A stretch of 64,000 bases of DNA, from positions 66 through 64,065 of the forward strand of contig CAUYZR010000001.1 in the NCBI GenBank assembly GCA_963577905.1, in the 5' to 3' direction. Shown piece after piece: positions 37,226-47,173 of the stretch. Position numbers and translations under genes: made by a program. The notes beneath the pieces are model-generated. The model was not told where the DNA came from and did no database searches. It saw only the letters and a program-made list of their open reading frames with translations. Source of the stretch: Candidatus Thalassarchaeaceae archaeon (lineage in GTDB: Archaea; Thermoplasmatota; Poseidoniia; MGIII; CG-Epi1). How positions within the stretch are numbered: the first letter of the stretch is position 1; each line of letters opens with the position of its first letter.

Positions 37226-39940
37226 GTGAGTGATGGTCTTTCTCTTCGCTTCTTTCAAGACTCAGGTTTTACCCGGCAGAAGTGTGCAAAGTGCGATGGC
37301 TTCTTCTGGTCGACCGTTGAGCGCGAGCTTTGTGGGGATGCACCTTGTGTTGAATATTCTTTCATTGGTAAACCCTTGTTCTCCAAACCAATGAATCTTG
37401 ATGAGGCTCGGGAAGCGTTTCTCAGTTTCTTTGAGAAGCACAATCATACTAGAGTCCCTCGAGCTTCGGTGGTCGCTCGCTGGCGAAATGACATATATCT
37501 TTCGATTGCATCCATAGCAGTTTTCCAGCCTCATGTCACAAGCGGTTATTCCAAGCCACCTGCGAATCCATTGACGATCTCCCAGCCCTGCATTCGTTTG
37601 AACGATCTGGAATCGGTTGGACGTAGTGGCCGCCATTTGACTACTTTTGAAATGATGGCTCATCACGCCTTCAACACTGAGGAGCAGAACATCTATTGGC
37701 AGGACCGTACGGTTGAATTATGCCATGAATTTTACACAGGATTGGGATTGCCTGGTTCAGAGATAACATACAAGGAAAATCCGTGGGTCGGAGGAGGTAA
37801 TGGTGGTGAGGCTTTGGAGGTCCTGGCTGGAGGACTGGAACTAGCCACTTTGGTATTCATGGATCTTGAGGAGGACCCTGATGGAGATATAGAACTCAAG
37901 GGCATAAAATTCAAAAGAATGCCAAGATCGATAGTTGACACCGGGTATGGCCTCGAAAGGTTGGTCTGGGCGTCACAAGGAACTCCTACCATCTATGAAG
38001 CGGTTTTTCCAGACGCAGTTTCGCATCTCACTAAGCTTACAAATCTGAAGGATTCTCTGGAAAACTCCAGTTCAATCATATCCGAGAATGCCAAAATATG
38101 TGGAGTATTGTCAATAGACTATGGTTCGGATCTGACTGAACTAAGACAGAAGGTACTTGATCGACTTAATGCCGCAGGACATTCCATGACACTTCCGGAG
38201 TTTACCTCTGCCATTGAACCCTTGGAGAAATTGTTTGCAGTGGTAGACCATTCACGAGCCCTTGCCTTCATGTTTGGAGATGGAATCGTACCGAGTAATG
38301 TCAAGGCAGGTTATCTTGCTCGTATGGTCCTTAGAAGGGCAGCATTGTTATTGAGGGATCTCGATGCACAGGATGCTTTGTCTGAAATGGTATCCCACCA
38401 TATCGATACTTTTTCTGCGACCTACCCTGAAATTGGAGCTAACAAAGCCCACATATTGGATATGGTAGCGCTTGAACAGGAACGTTTCACTCAGACCCTT
38501 GAGCGAGGCCGTCGTACCGTACAGCGAGCTATTGGTTCAGGGGGTATAGATCAGGACAAACTCCTGGAATTGTATGATTCCCAAGGGTTACCACCTTCTG
38601 TGGTCAGCGATTTTGCGAGTGAGTTAGGTCATTCAATCGAAGTCCCCGATGGGTTTCTTGCTATGGTTGCTGAACGACATCAGGGTGAAACAAAGACTGA
38701 AAAGAAAAAACCAGTTTTCATCGATGCAGAACCAACTAATCTGGATTTTTACAAGGACATGGAGAAGAGATCTTTTTCATCAGAGGTTGTCTTCTCTGAT
38801 ATCGGCCAGATATCTCTGAAGAACACTTTGTTCTATCCAGAAGGAGGAGGCCAATTGAGTGATACGGGTGTAATTGCCTGGAGTGGCAAAGAGAGTCAGG
38901 TGGTCGAGGTCCATAAGGTAGGTGATGTAGTTGTTCACCGTCTGGAAGGGGAAACTCCTCCGGTCGGAACCCAAATCTCGGGCACAGTCGATGATGAACG
39001 CCGTTCGGGACTGAGTCGGCATCATACAGCCACGCATTTGGTCGGCGCCGCAGCTCGTAAAATTCTGGGACCCCACGTCTGGCAAGCAGGAGCCTCCAAA
39101 TACGTGGATCGAGCTAGATTGGACATCACCCATCATCGAAGGCTCACACGGGACGTGATTGACAATCTGGAGTCTATGGTTAATCAGTTGATTGTTGAGG
39201 ATCATCCCGTGACGACGGGATTCCATAGCAGGGAAGATGCAGATAGAGAGTATGGCAATACCCTGTATCAAGGAGGCGCACCCAATTATCGAGAGGTACG
39301 TGTGGTTGAGATCCCGGGTGTTGATGTGCAGGCATGCGCAGGAACTCATGTCGTCTCAACCTCTAAATTAGAGGCCGTCAAGGTTTTGAGGACAGAGCGG
39401 ATACAGGATGGTGTGGAACGCATAGAATTCTCGGCAGGACCTGACGCAATCAAGGCAGCCCAGAGGGAAAGAGCATTACTGGAAGAGACGGCCGGGGAAT
39501 TGGGTGTACCTGTAGACCAAGCTCCATCCGCTGCCCAAAAATTCGTCAAAGAGTGGAAAGAACTCCGCAATCGGGTTTCTTCGCTGGAAAAAGAGCTGGC
39601 CTCTCTAAAATCATCAGATTTGGAAGGTGAAAAGATTGGAAATCTCACTTTCTATGCACAAAATCAGGGAGAGACTGATTTTGCTGAGGTTCAGAAGTTA
39701 GTAAGAGAGCTTACTTCAGGAAAAGATACAGTGGTTACAATGGGGTGCTCCAAAGGCGATAGTGGTACGGTGATTCTGGCAAAATCCGATTCCGTAAATC
39801 TGGATTGTGATGAGATTCTCAAGAAGGCATTGTCCACAGTTGGTGGTAGTGGAGGTGGCAAGGAATCCTATGCACAGGGTGCTTGTCCAGAGAACAAACT
39901 CTCCGCAGCCTTGTCTGAGATAAGAGATTTGGTTTCCTAA
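37226..39940 (+). CDS. alaS: Alanyl-tRNA synthetase (archaeal type)
   Basis: Editing-domain zinc motif HHTATHLVGAAARKIL, second metal-binding motif CAGTHV, and 904 aa. Confidence 0.9.
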   Translation: MSDGLSLRFFQDSGFTRQKCAKCDGFFWSTVERELCGDAPCVEYSFIGKPLFSKPMNLDEAREAFLSFFEKHNHTRVPRASVVARWRNDIYLSIASIAVFQPHVTSGYSKPPANPLTISQPCIRLNDLESVGRSGRHLTTFEMMAHHAFNTEEQNIYWQDRTVELCHEFYTGLGLPGSEITYKENPWVGGGNGGEALEVLAGGLELATLVFMDLEEDPDGDIELKGIKFKRMPRSIVDTGYGLERLVWASQGTPTIYEAVFPDAVSHLTKLTNLKDSLENSSSIISENAKICGVLSIDYGSDLTELRQKVLDRLNAAGHSMTLPEFTSAIEPLEKLFAVVDHSRALAFMFGDGIVPSNVKAGYLARMVLRRAALLLRDLDAQDALSEMVSHHIDTFSATYPEIGANKAHILDMVALEQERFTQTLERGRRTVQRAIGSGGIDQDKLLELYDSQGLPPSVVSDFASELGHSIEVPDGFLAMVAERHQGETKTEKKKPVFIDAEPTNLDFYKDMEKRSFSSEVVFSDIGQISLKNTLFYPEGGGQLSDTGVIAWSGKESQVVEVHKVGDVVVHRLEGETPPVGTQISGTVDDERRSGLSRHHTATHLVGAAARKILGPHVWQAGASKYVDRARLDITHHRRLTRDVIDNLESMVNQLIVEDHPVTTGFHSREDADREYGNTLYQGGAPNYREVRVVEIPGVDVQACAGTHVVSTSKLEAVKVLRTERIQDGVERIEFSAGPDAIKAAQRERALLEETAGELGVPVDQAPSAAQKFVKEWKELRNRVSSLEKELASLKSSDLEGEKIGNLTFYAQNQGETDFAEVQKLVRELTSGKDTVVTMGCSKGDSGTVILAKSDSVNLDCDEILKKALSTVGGSGGGKESYAQGACPENKLSAALSEIRDLVS

Positions 39941-40324
39941 TTATCTAGTCTCAACCATTATGCAGGAATTTACCAGATACTTTATTCCATTCGTACCTTC
40001 CAACCATGTTTCCAGTTCATCACTTTCGGAACCAGGTTGGAACCATAGATGTTCGATTCCTAGTTCCACAGCTTCTTGTGCTACTTTCATTGCAATCGGT
40101 GGAGGAACAACAAAGTTGACTATGTCTGGTAGTTCTTCCATCATTCCTATTGAAGCGTAGGCCCGGTCCCCTTCAATCAGCTTATCTTTAGGATTTATAG
40201 GTACTATATCATATCCCTTAGAACGTAGTTCAAGATAGATCCGGTTCCCGAATTTATGAGGTTCATTGGAAGCACCGACTAGTGCAATCCGGACATTTTT
40301 CTGTTTCAACTTTTGTAGAACCAT
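39941..40324 (-). CDS. CoA-binding domain protein (YccU-like)
   Basis: VRIALVGASNEPHKFGNRIY...GYDIVPINPK pattern, 127 aa. Confidence 0.65.
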   Translation of the reverse strand: MVLQKLKQKNVRIALVGASNEPHKFGNRIYLELRSKGYDIVPINPKDKLIEGDRAYASIGMMEELPDIVNFVVPPPIAMKVAQEAVELGIEHLWFQPGSESDELETWLEGTNGIKYLVNSCIMVETR

Positions 40325-40412
40325 CTTAGTGTCTTATAATCATTCTATTTTTAATGTTTGAGATGGGGTGCGGAAACGCTCATTAGCCGTAGCATTTTTT
40401 GTAGCCTGAATC

Positions 40413-40439
40413 CGGGGGACATAGTCCCCCGTTATTTTT
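40413..40439 (+). other. Perfect 8-bp stem / 3-nt loop hairpin (cgggggac-ata-gtcccccg) followed by ttattttt, just upstream of topA
   Basis: Direct inspection. Resembles an intrinsic-terminator-like or attenuator-like structure. Confidence 0.5.
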
Positions 40440-42741
40440 GGGCTTTAGAAAAAGATATTTAATCCACCTTTCCGGCAGTCCTTCAATGGATTTAGTGATT
40501 GTTGAATCTGGTGCCAAAGCCAAGACAATCCAAAAATATTTGGGTAAAAATGTACTGGTAAGGGCCTCTGTTGGTCATGTTCAGGACTTACCTACAAAGG
40601 GAAAAGATGGCAGTAAAGCATTGTGGAGTCATACTGATACTAGTCTACCAGATCCTCCTTGGGGTTGGACTGAAAGAGCGGAGAAGACAGTAAAACGTAT
40701 TATTTCAGACAGCCGCCGTAAGAAGGTAGATAGAGTTCTTATCGCTACAGATCCAGATAGAGAAGGAGAATTTATAGCCTGGAGACTTGCTGAGTTACTT
40801 TCGGAATTTGGTGATATTCAAAGAATTACTTTCAATGAAATAACTGAAACAGCGATAAAAGAGGCTTTGCAAGCAGCAGGTACGGTAGACATGAATCTTG
40901 TTGATGCAGCTAAGGTTCGTAGATTTATGGATCGTTTGATTGGTTATCGAACTTCACGCTTTGCTAGGTCTTGGAACTTAAGTTCCATGGGGCGCGTTCA
41001 AACTCCAACGTTAGGTTTTGTAGTTAAGCGTGAAAAAGAAATTCAAAAGTTTATTCCAACTCCTTATTGGGCAGTTCAAGCTATTGCTTCGGGAATAGAT
41101 TTTAGAGTTCGATTTCATGATAAGGATGATTCTTTAGTCTGGAAAGATGAAAAAGGGAAGATTAATGTTCATCGTACAAATGATTCAAATTTGGCCAATA
41201 AAGCCTATGAATATTTGAATCTAGAATCTCAATTAACTGCTAAGACTGTGTCTTTAAATGATTACAAAAGACGTCCTAAACCACCTTTTACCACAGATAC
41301 ATTACTTCAGGCTTCTGGAAGCAAATATAGTTGGCGACCAAGTAATACTATGCGTATCGCTCAAGGACTTTATGAGGCCGGTCACATAACTTATATGCGA
41401 ACGGATTCAACGCGTACTAGTGCATCTTCCCGTGATAAGGCAAAGAACTTTATCACTTCCAAATGGGGTTCCGGATTTGTAGGGAAAGGTTCTGTCAGTG
41501 GAAAGCCAAAATCAGGTGTTCAGGATGCACACGAAGCAATTAGACCAACTAATCCATTGTCTGAATTACCAAATGGTTTAGATGAATCTCAGACACGTTT
41601 ATATCGTTTAATTTGGTCAAGATTCATCGCTAGTCAAATGTGTGATTCCGAGTGGACCAGTATGAAAATACAGGCACAACTTGAAACATTTGATAAATTA
41701 TTGGATGGAGATACTAAGTGGAGAGTAAAACCGGGTTGGGAATCTGCATTTGAAGTAATTGACCGAGCACCTCCTTCTTCACCGCCTTCTCCTGAAATTA
41801 CAGAAGGTAGCAAAATTAAGTTAGACAATAAAGAAGGTAATCCAAAATTAATTGAGGATCAGACAAAACCTCCTGCCCGCTATACACAACATGGTTTGGT
41901 TGCTCTGATGAAATCAGAGAGTATTGGTCGCCCTTCTACATATGCCGCAACTATTAAGAAATTATTAGATCGTAAATATTGTAGCGATACAAAGGGCCGC
42001 CTTAAGCCAACTGTGGAAGGAGTGTTGCTTTGTGATGAAGTAGTTCCGTTTTATGATTCCGAAAAAGAAAAAATAAGTTTATTTTCTTCATCTTTTACTT
42101 CTGAAATGGAATCAGATTTAGACCTGATAGAATCGGGAGTAAAAGATTCAGTCAGGGTCTGGGACGATTTTGTATCTTCATTTAGGGGCTTACATGAAAA
42201 AGCATTGGAAATGAAGAAGGAAAGACCAACACGGAGACAGATTGAATATTATGGGCGCTTGGCATCCTTGATTTCAGATGAGGATCTTAACAAAATTCTG
42301 GATGGCCGGGACCCATTTTCAATGGATGGCGAGAAAATTGGTGAGGTTATAGACGGACTGAAAAAAGCTACTGCGGATGTTGTCTTGCCTGCATCAGCTA
42401 AGCAACTATCATACATTGAAAACTTAGCCAGTACATTGGAACTTAATGAATCAGCGGCTTGCGAGTTGGTTGAATTAGAACGTTTTGATGAGTTGACAGG
42501 TGGCAAGTCGGGAACTGCAAGTTCATTGATAAGCAAGCTACGAGAAAAGACCGATTCCATACCTCGGAAGCCGAGCCCAAAACAGCTAAATTTCATTAAG
42601 AATCTGGTTAAGAAGGCTGAATTGGAAGAGGAAGCAGCCTGTAAATTAGTTGGAGCAGACACCTATTCCGATCTTTTGGGGGGGCGTCAAGGAACTGCTA
42701 GCAAGTTGATAGAAACCTTGCGCAAGCGCTCTGCAAAGTAG
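40438..42741 (+). CDS. topA: Type IA DNA topoisomerase (Topo I/III-like) with two C-terminal repeats
   Basis: Toprim N-terminus (DLVIVESGAKAKTIQKYLG), DxD (ATDPDREGE) and catalytic Tyr region (GHITYMRTDSTR). The true start is probably MDLVIV at about 40486. Confidence 0.85.
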   Translation: MGFRKRYLIHLSGSPSMDLVIVESGAKAKTIQKYLGKNVLVRASVGHVQDLPTKGKDGSKALWSHTDTSLPDPPWGWTERAEKTVKRIISDSRRKKVDRVLIATDPDREGEFIAWRLAELLSEFGDIQRITFNEITETAIKEALQAAGTVDMNLVDAAKVRRFMDRLIGYRTSRFARSWNLSSMGRVQTPTLGFVVKREKEIQKFIPTPYWAVQAIASGIDFRVRFHDKDDSLVWKDEKGKINVHRTNDSNLANKAYEYLNLESQLTAKTVSLNDYKRRPKPPFTTDTLLQASGSKYSWRPSNTMRIAQGLYEAGHITYMRTDSTRTSASSRDKAKNFITSKWGSGFVGKGSVSGKPKSGVQDAHEAIRPTNPLSELPNGLDESQTRLYRLIWSRFIASQMCDSEWTSMKIQAQLETFDKLLDGDTKWRVKPGWESAFEVIDRAPPSSPPSPEITEGSKIKLDNKEGNPKLIEDQTKPPARYTQHGLVALMKSESIGRPSTYAATIKKLLDRKYCSDTKGRLKPTVEGVLLCDEVVPFYDSEKEKISLFSSSFTSEMESDLDLIESGVKDSVRVWDDFVSSFRGLHEKALEMKKERPTRRQIEYYGRLASLISDEDLNKILDGRDPFSMDGEKIGEVIDGLKKATADVVLPASAKQLSYIENLASTLELNESAACELVELERFDELTGGKSGTASSLISKLREKTDSIPRKPSPKQLNFIKNLVKKAELEEEAACKLVGADTYSDLLGGRQGTASKLIETLRKRSAK
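42355..42741 (+). repeat. Two about 55-aa tandem C-terminal repeats in TopA
   Basis: ASAKQLSYIENLASTLELNESAACELVELERFDELTGGKSGTASSLISKLREK versus PSPKQLNFIKNLVKKAELEEEAACKLVGADTYSDLLGGRQGTASKLIETLRKR. Confidence 0.75.
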
Positions 42742-42742
42742 G

Positions 42743-43258
42743 ATGGTTAGGTTTTTTTTTGCTTTGGAATGTCCTGGATTGGAGACTGAAAGCTTACCTA
42801 GAACCTATATTTCGGAGAAAGCTCGAAATTATCATATTACGATTGCTTTCCTAGGCGAGAGACCTAATCCTGAGTTTGAGATCCAAAGAGTTGCTGATGT
42901 CTGTATTGGTAGATTTCCATTGGAATTGGAATACCAGAAGTTGGGAGCTTTCCAGAAACCATCTAATGCACGAGTCTTGTGGATGGGAGTTAAATCTTCA
43001 GGCATTCAGGATTTGGCGTCCAGAGTAAGGCTAGTTTCTAAGTCTGAGGACCGCCCATTCTTGGCTCATGTGACGATTGCCAGATTCAGGAAGCAGACCA
43101 ATTTGGAAGATCTTATTTCAAAACATGTAGATACGCAATTTGGTAAGGGTTCAGTGTCAAATCTTATTCTTTTCAAGTCTGAACTGACAAGGCCGGGAGC
43201 AATTCACACCCCGCTTTATTCAGTAGATGGGAAGGGCAAGGTCGAGCATTTAACATAG
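42743..43258 (+). CDS. thpR: 2H-family RNA 2',3'-cyclic phosphodiesterase (ThpR/LigT-like)
   Basis: Two HxT/Sx motifs (YHITIAFLG and AHVTIARF), 171 aa. Starts 1 nt after the topA stop. Confidence 0.75.
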   Translation: MVRFFFALECPGLETESLPRTYISEKARNYHITIAFLGERPNPEFEIQRVADVCIGRFPLELEYQKLGAFQKPSNARVLWMGVKSSGIQDLASRVRLVSKSEDRPFLAHVTIARFRKQTNLEDLISKHVDTQFGKGSVSNLILFKSELTRPGAIHTPLYSVDGKGKVEHLT

Positions 43259-43277
43259 AATCTATTGGACCTCTGAA

Positions 43278-44885
43278 ATGAAAACCTTTGAACACAAAAA
43301 TCTGAAGGGTGATTCTCTCGAGGATCGCGACTACCAGTCCAATATATCGGAAGCTTGTCTGAAGCAATCAACTATGGTCATCCTTCCAACAGGAATGGGA
43401 AAGACCATAATTGCCCTACGAGTGATATTGGAAAGATTGAATGTAGGTCCCGTTTTGTTGATGGCACCTACGAAGCCTTTAGCTCAACAGCATGCTGAAT
43501 TCTTGGAAGAACACATCAGTTCACGAGTAAATTTGTTTACTGGGGCTATTCCTCCCCTTCAACGTGAGCCTCTGTGGAAATCCTCAGGAATTATAGTTTC
43601 AACGCCTCAGGTTGTTTCAAAGGACATTGAAAATGAGAGGGTGTCTCTGAAAAGCTTCTCATTATTGATTTTTGACGAGGCGCATCGGGCGGTGGGGAAT
43701 TACGCCTATGTTTCGATAGGACGTCATTATTTATCCGTTGCAGATAATCATCTGGCAATAGGTATGACTGCTTCACCAGGCAGTTCTAAATCTGAGATAA
43801 TTCGCTTGTGTCGCGATTTAGGTATATCTGCAGTTGAGAAAAGGGACGAGACAGATCCAGATGTGATGCCTTATATTCAGCCAATCAAAACAAGTTGGAT
43901 TCGCGTTGAGATGCCAGTTTCGGTCAAGCATATCGCAAACCAGTTGAGAGGTTTGCAAGATTATCTATGTGGGAAATTGTACAAACAAGGTCTGTTGGAT
44001 AGGCCACGTAAGGTTTCCACTACAATGCTGTTGGAAGCTGGAAGGAAGTTACAAGCACAGTACATTCGGACTAAACCTAGAACTCCACCTCAGATTTTTA
44101 ATTCAATGACAACTCAAGCCATGGCTATGAAAGTAGCTCATGCCGTACTTACAGTCGAGACTCAAGGTATAGTTCAATTCTTGGATTATGCGGTACGAAT
44201 AGAGAAAGAGGCCAAAGAAAAGAAGAGAGGTAACAGGGCAAACAAATGGCTTCATTCAAACTCAGATTGGAAGGCCGCGGTCGAAATAGCCAAGTCAAAC
44301 AAGGCTGACCATCCAAAACTGCAACGTCTAATTGAATTGGTCCAACTACAGCTCCAGTCCGGTTCATCTCGCTTCATAATCTTTGCAGAAATACGGCATA
44401 CTGCAACCTTGATAGTAGAGAACCTGAAAACAATTGAGGAGGCTAGACCAGTTAGATTTGTAGGTCAGAGTTCCCGTGAGAATGACAAAGGAATGACTCA
44501 AAAGCAGCAGAAGGAAATTTTATCCCGTTTCAAGGATGGCGAATTCAATATACTGGTAACGACATCAGTTGGCGAGGAAGGTCTGGACATACCCTCTACA
44601 GATGCTGTCATGTTCTATGAGCCAGTCTCGTCAGCTATAAGATTGATTCAACGACGGGGTCGAACCGGACGCAATAGACCTGGCGAGGCATTCATTTTTG
44701 TAACGTCCGAAAGCAGGGATGAAGCTGCACTCTGGAGCAGCAAAGGCAAAGAGAAGAGAATGCATGACTTATTCTCTGCAGGAAGAATGGAGATTGACTT
44801 GCCAACACACGAAGAATTAGCAGGCACGAACATTATTGAGAAACCAGCGGATGGTTCTGCGCAAACAACTTTTCGAAGTGATTAA
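43278..44885 (+). CDS. Hef/FANCM/RIG-I-like SF2 helicase (helicase domains only, no nuclease)
   Basis: DYQ...ILPTGMGKT (motif I), FDEAHRAVGNYAY (DExH), MTASPG, and RecA2 motifs ILVTTSVGEEGLDIP and QRRGRTGR, with an inserted domain between the RecA folds. Confidence 0.7.
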   Translation: MKTFEHKNLKGDSLEDRDYQSNISEACLKQSTMVILPTGMGKTIIALRVILERLNVGPVLLMAPTKPLAQQHAEFLEEHISSRVNLFTGAIPPLQREPLWKSSGIIVSTPQVVSKDIENERVSLKSFSLLIFDEAHRAVGNYAYVSIGRHYLSVADNHLAIGMTASPGSSKSEIIRLCRDLGISAVEKRDETDPDVMPYIQPIKTSWIRVEMPVSVKHIANQLRGLQDYLCGKLYKQGLLDRPRKVSTTMLLEAGRKLQAQYIRTKPRTPPQIFNSMTTQAMAMKVAHAVLTVETQGIVQFLDYAVRIEKEAKEKKRGNRANKWLHSNSDWKAAVEIAKSNKADHPKLQRLIELVQLQLQSGSSRFIIFAEIRHTATLIVENLKTIEEARPVRFVGQSSRENDKGMTQKQQKEILSRFKDGEFNILVTTSVGEEGLDIPSTDAVMFYEPVSSAIRLIQRRGRTGRNRPGEAFIFVTSESRDEAALWSSKGKEKRMHDLFSAGRMEIDLPTHEELAGTNIIEKPADGSAQTTFRSD

Positions 44886-44932
44886 CGAACATTAAGAACT
44901 AATATTATACCGACCTGTGCAAATGGTTTGAT

Positions 44933-45601
44933 ATGCGGAGAAAACCAACAGTTCCATTAAAGGAAGAAGTAAAGTATGGGCATGGTTTCTTTAGAGGTGA
45001 AAAATGCCCTCTCAGTGGAGAGGAAGGTGTATTGATAATGTCCCCAAGACATTTGGATCAGTTTGGAAGGATTATGGCAGGAGTTCTGCGTCACTTCCCG
45101 GACAAATTCGATCTTGAGATGGACAAGCAAGGCTGGGTTGAGGCGACTGACTTTGTTGAGGCAGTAAAGCTTCAGAGACGTCATTTTCATTTTCTGGAAA
45201 CTAAACATTTGCAAGCAGTAGTAGAAACAGATCCCAAGGGCCGTTACCAGTTGAATAATGGCAGGCTGAGAGCAACTTATGCCCACACACTTGATCTGGA
45301 TTTAGATCTACCCACAGACCAGAATCCTGAGCACTTATATTTTGCCTGTTCTAAAGATGACTCTGACGAATATCTGGAACACGGATTATATCCTGGTGAT
45401 CGTAATATGGTTCATCTTTCGAGTACAAGATTAAATGCTTTGGAGGCTGGCCGTCATATTATTGGTAAACCCATTGTCTTACTGGCTGACGTCAGGGCTG
45501 TTGAAGGGGCAGGTCATGAGATTATGAAAGCAGGTACGACAGTCTATCTAACCAAGGATATTCCTGGTGAATTTCTCAAGAAACTTCCAGACAGTACGTA
45601 G
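44933..45601 (+). CDS. kptA: RNA 2'-phosphotransferase Tpt1/KptA
   Basis: R-H-x-R-x-R catalytic tetrad context (VLRHFPDKF...DKQGWV; RLRATYAHTLDL; EHGLYPGDRNMVHLS) in Tpt1 order. The true start is possibly the Met at about 45038. Confidence 0.7.
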   Translation: MRRKPTVPLKEEVKYGHGFFRGEKCPLSGEEGVLIMSPRHLDQFGRIMAGVLRHFPDKFDLEMDKQGWVEATDFVEAVKLQRRHFHFLETKHLQAVVETDPKGRYQLNNGRLRATYAHTLDLDLDLPTDQNPEHLYFACSKDDSDEYLEHGLYPGDRNMVHLSSTRLNALEAGRHIIGKPIVLLADVRAVEGAGHEIMKAGTTVYLTKDIPGEFLKKLPDST

Positions 45602-45616
45602 GTTATTGCAATTACC

Positions 45617-47173
45617 ATGCAGTCCGAGAAGCAGAATTTGGAAAGGCATTCAGTCGCTCGGGTACTGATTAGCGTTAGTGACAAATCTGCAATTGATGCC
45701 TTTTCAAAGTCACTAGTAAAGAATGGGATTGAGATTGTTTCTACAGGCGGAACTTCTAAGATTCTGTCTGAGAATGGAATTGCAGTAACGCCTGTAGAGG
45801 ATATTACGAAATTTCCAGAAATGATGAATGGCCGTGTAAAGACTCTACATCCACTAATATTTGGGGGCATTCTTGCAAGAGACTCTGATAAGTCTGAAAC
45901 AGAGCAATATGATATAGGAATAATTGATATGGTGGTTTGTAACCTGTATCCATTTGGAGATGTAGCATCCAAGGGTGTTGACATGGATGCACTGATCGAA
46001 GAGATTGATATTGGAGGACCCAGTCTGCTTCGGGCCGCAGCTAAAAATCATGCAAGAGTCGCAGTTGTTACCGATCATTCGGATTACGCCTGGATTTCCA
46101 AGGAAATTGAGGCCGGAGGCCTTAATCTGGAACAACGCCGTCAATTAGCTTTGAAGGCATTTAGGCACACGGCTGAATACGATACAATAATTCAGAATGA
46201 ACTGAGTTCTAGATTTGGTGAGGAAGATTTGCCTTCCTCTTTACATATTGCAGGGGTTGGTAGTCCACCTCTCAGATATGGTGAGAATCCACATCAATCC
46301 GCTATCTTTTATTCTGATACATTAGTTAAGGGCCCTTGCGTCTCAAATTCTGCCCAGATTCAAGGTAAACAGCTCAGCTACAACAATCTTCTGGATTTCG
46401 ACGCTGCCCTAGCAATGGTAGTGGAGTTTGATGAACCCACTGCAGTCATTGTAAAGCACAACAACCCTTGTGGTGCGGCCAGCGCCAGTAATCTGTCCGA
46501 AGCGTATGAGCTAGCTGTCAAAACGGATCCCCAAAGTGCTTTTGGAGGTATAGTGGCCTTCAATCGAGAGGTTGATGAGGATTTATCAAGGAGAGTGATC
46601 TCAGCATTCAAAGAAGGGGTTATCGCCCCTTCCTTTACCAGTACTGCTATTGAGGTTCTATCGGAAAAAGAAAATCTCCGGGTCTTACAGACAATGGAAC
46701 TTTCAGATTATCAGAGTAGCCCCTCCCTTCGTTCTCTTAATGGCGGATGGCTTTTTCAGGAAGCCGATGATGTTTCGATGGATTTATCAGAATGCAAGGT
46801 AGTGACTAAACGTAAACCCACGATTCGTGAGTTAGAAGGATTGCAATTTGGCTGGAAGATAGTGAAACATGTCAAAAGCAATGCTATCGTGTTTACACAG
46901 CATAAAAGAACTATTGGTATTGGGGCAGGTCAGATGTCCAGAATCGACTCAGTTAGAATTGCAGTTTCCAAATCGATTCCTGATGCCCAAAAGACAGTTA
47001 TGGCCTCTGACGCGTTCTTTCCTTTCAGGGACGGAATTGATGAGGCTGCCAATTCTGGTGTAACGGCTATTGTCCAACCCGGCGGTTCAGTTCGTGATCA
47101 AGAGGTCATCGATGCAGCAGATGAATATAATATAGCCATGATTCTCACAGGAATCAGGCATTTCAGGCATTAA
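45617..47173 (+). CDS. purH: Bifunctional AICAR transformylase / IMP cyclohydrolase
   Basis: MGS-like N-terminal domain (RVLISVSDKS...STGGTSK...GRVKTLHP) and AICARFT C-terminal domain. 518 aa. Confidence 0.9.
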   Translation: MQSEKQNLERHSVARVLISVSDKSAIDAFSKSLVKNGIEIVSTGGTSKILSENGIAVTPVEDITKFPEMMNGRVKTLHPLIFGGILARDSDKSETEQYDIGIIDMVVCNLYPFGDVASKGVDMDALIEEIDIGGPSLLRAAAKNHARVAVVTDHSDYAWISKEIEAGGLNLEQRRQLALKAFRHTAEYDTIIQNELSSRFGEEDLPSSLHIAGVGSPPLRYGENPHQSAIFYSDTLVKGPCVSNSAQIQGKQLSYNNLLDFDAALAMVVEFDEPTAVIVKHNNPCGAASASNLSEAYELAVKTDPQSAFGGIVAFNREVDEDLSRRVISAFKEGVIAPSFTSTAIEVLSEKENLRVLQTMELSDYQSSPSLRSLNGGWLFQEADDVSMDLSECKVVTKRKPTIRELEGLQFGWKIVKHVKSNAIVFTQHKRTIGIGAGQMSRIDSVRIAVSKSIPDAQKTVMASDAFFPFRDGIDEAANSGVTAIVQPGGSVRDQEVIDAADEYNIAMILTGIRHFRH

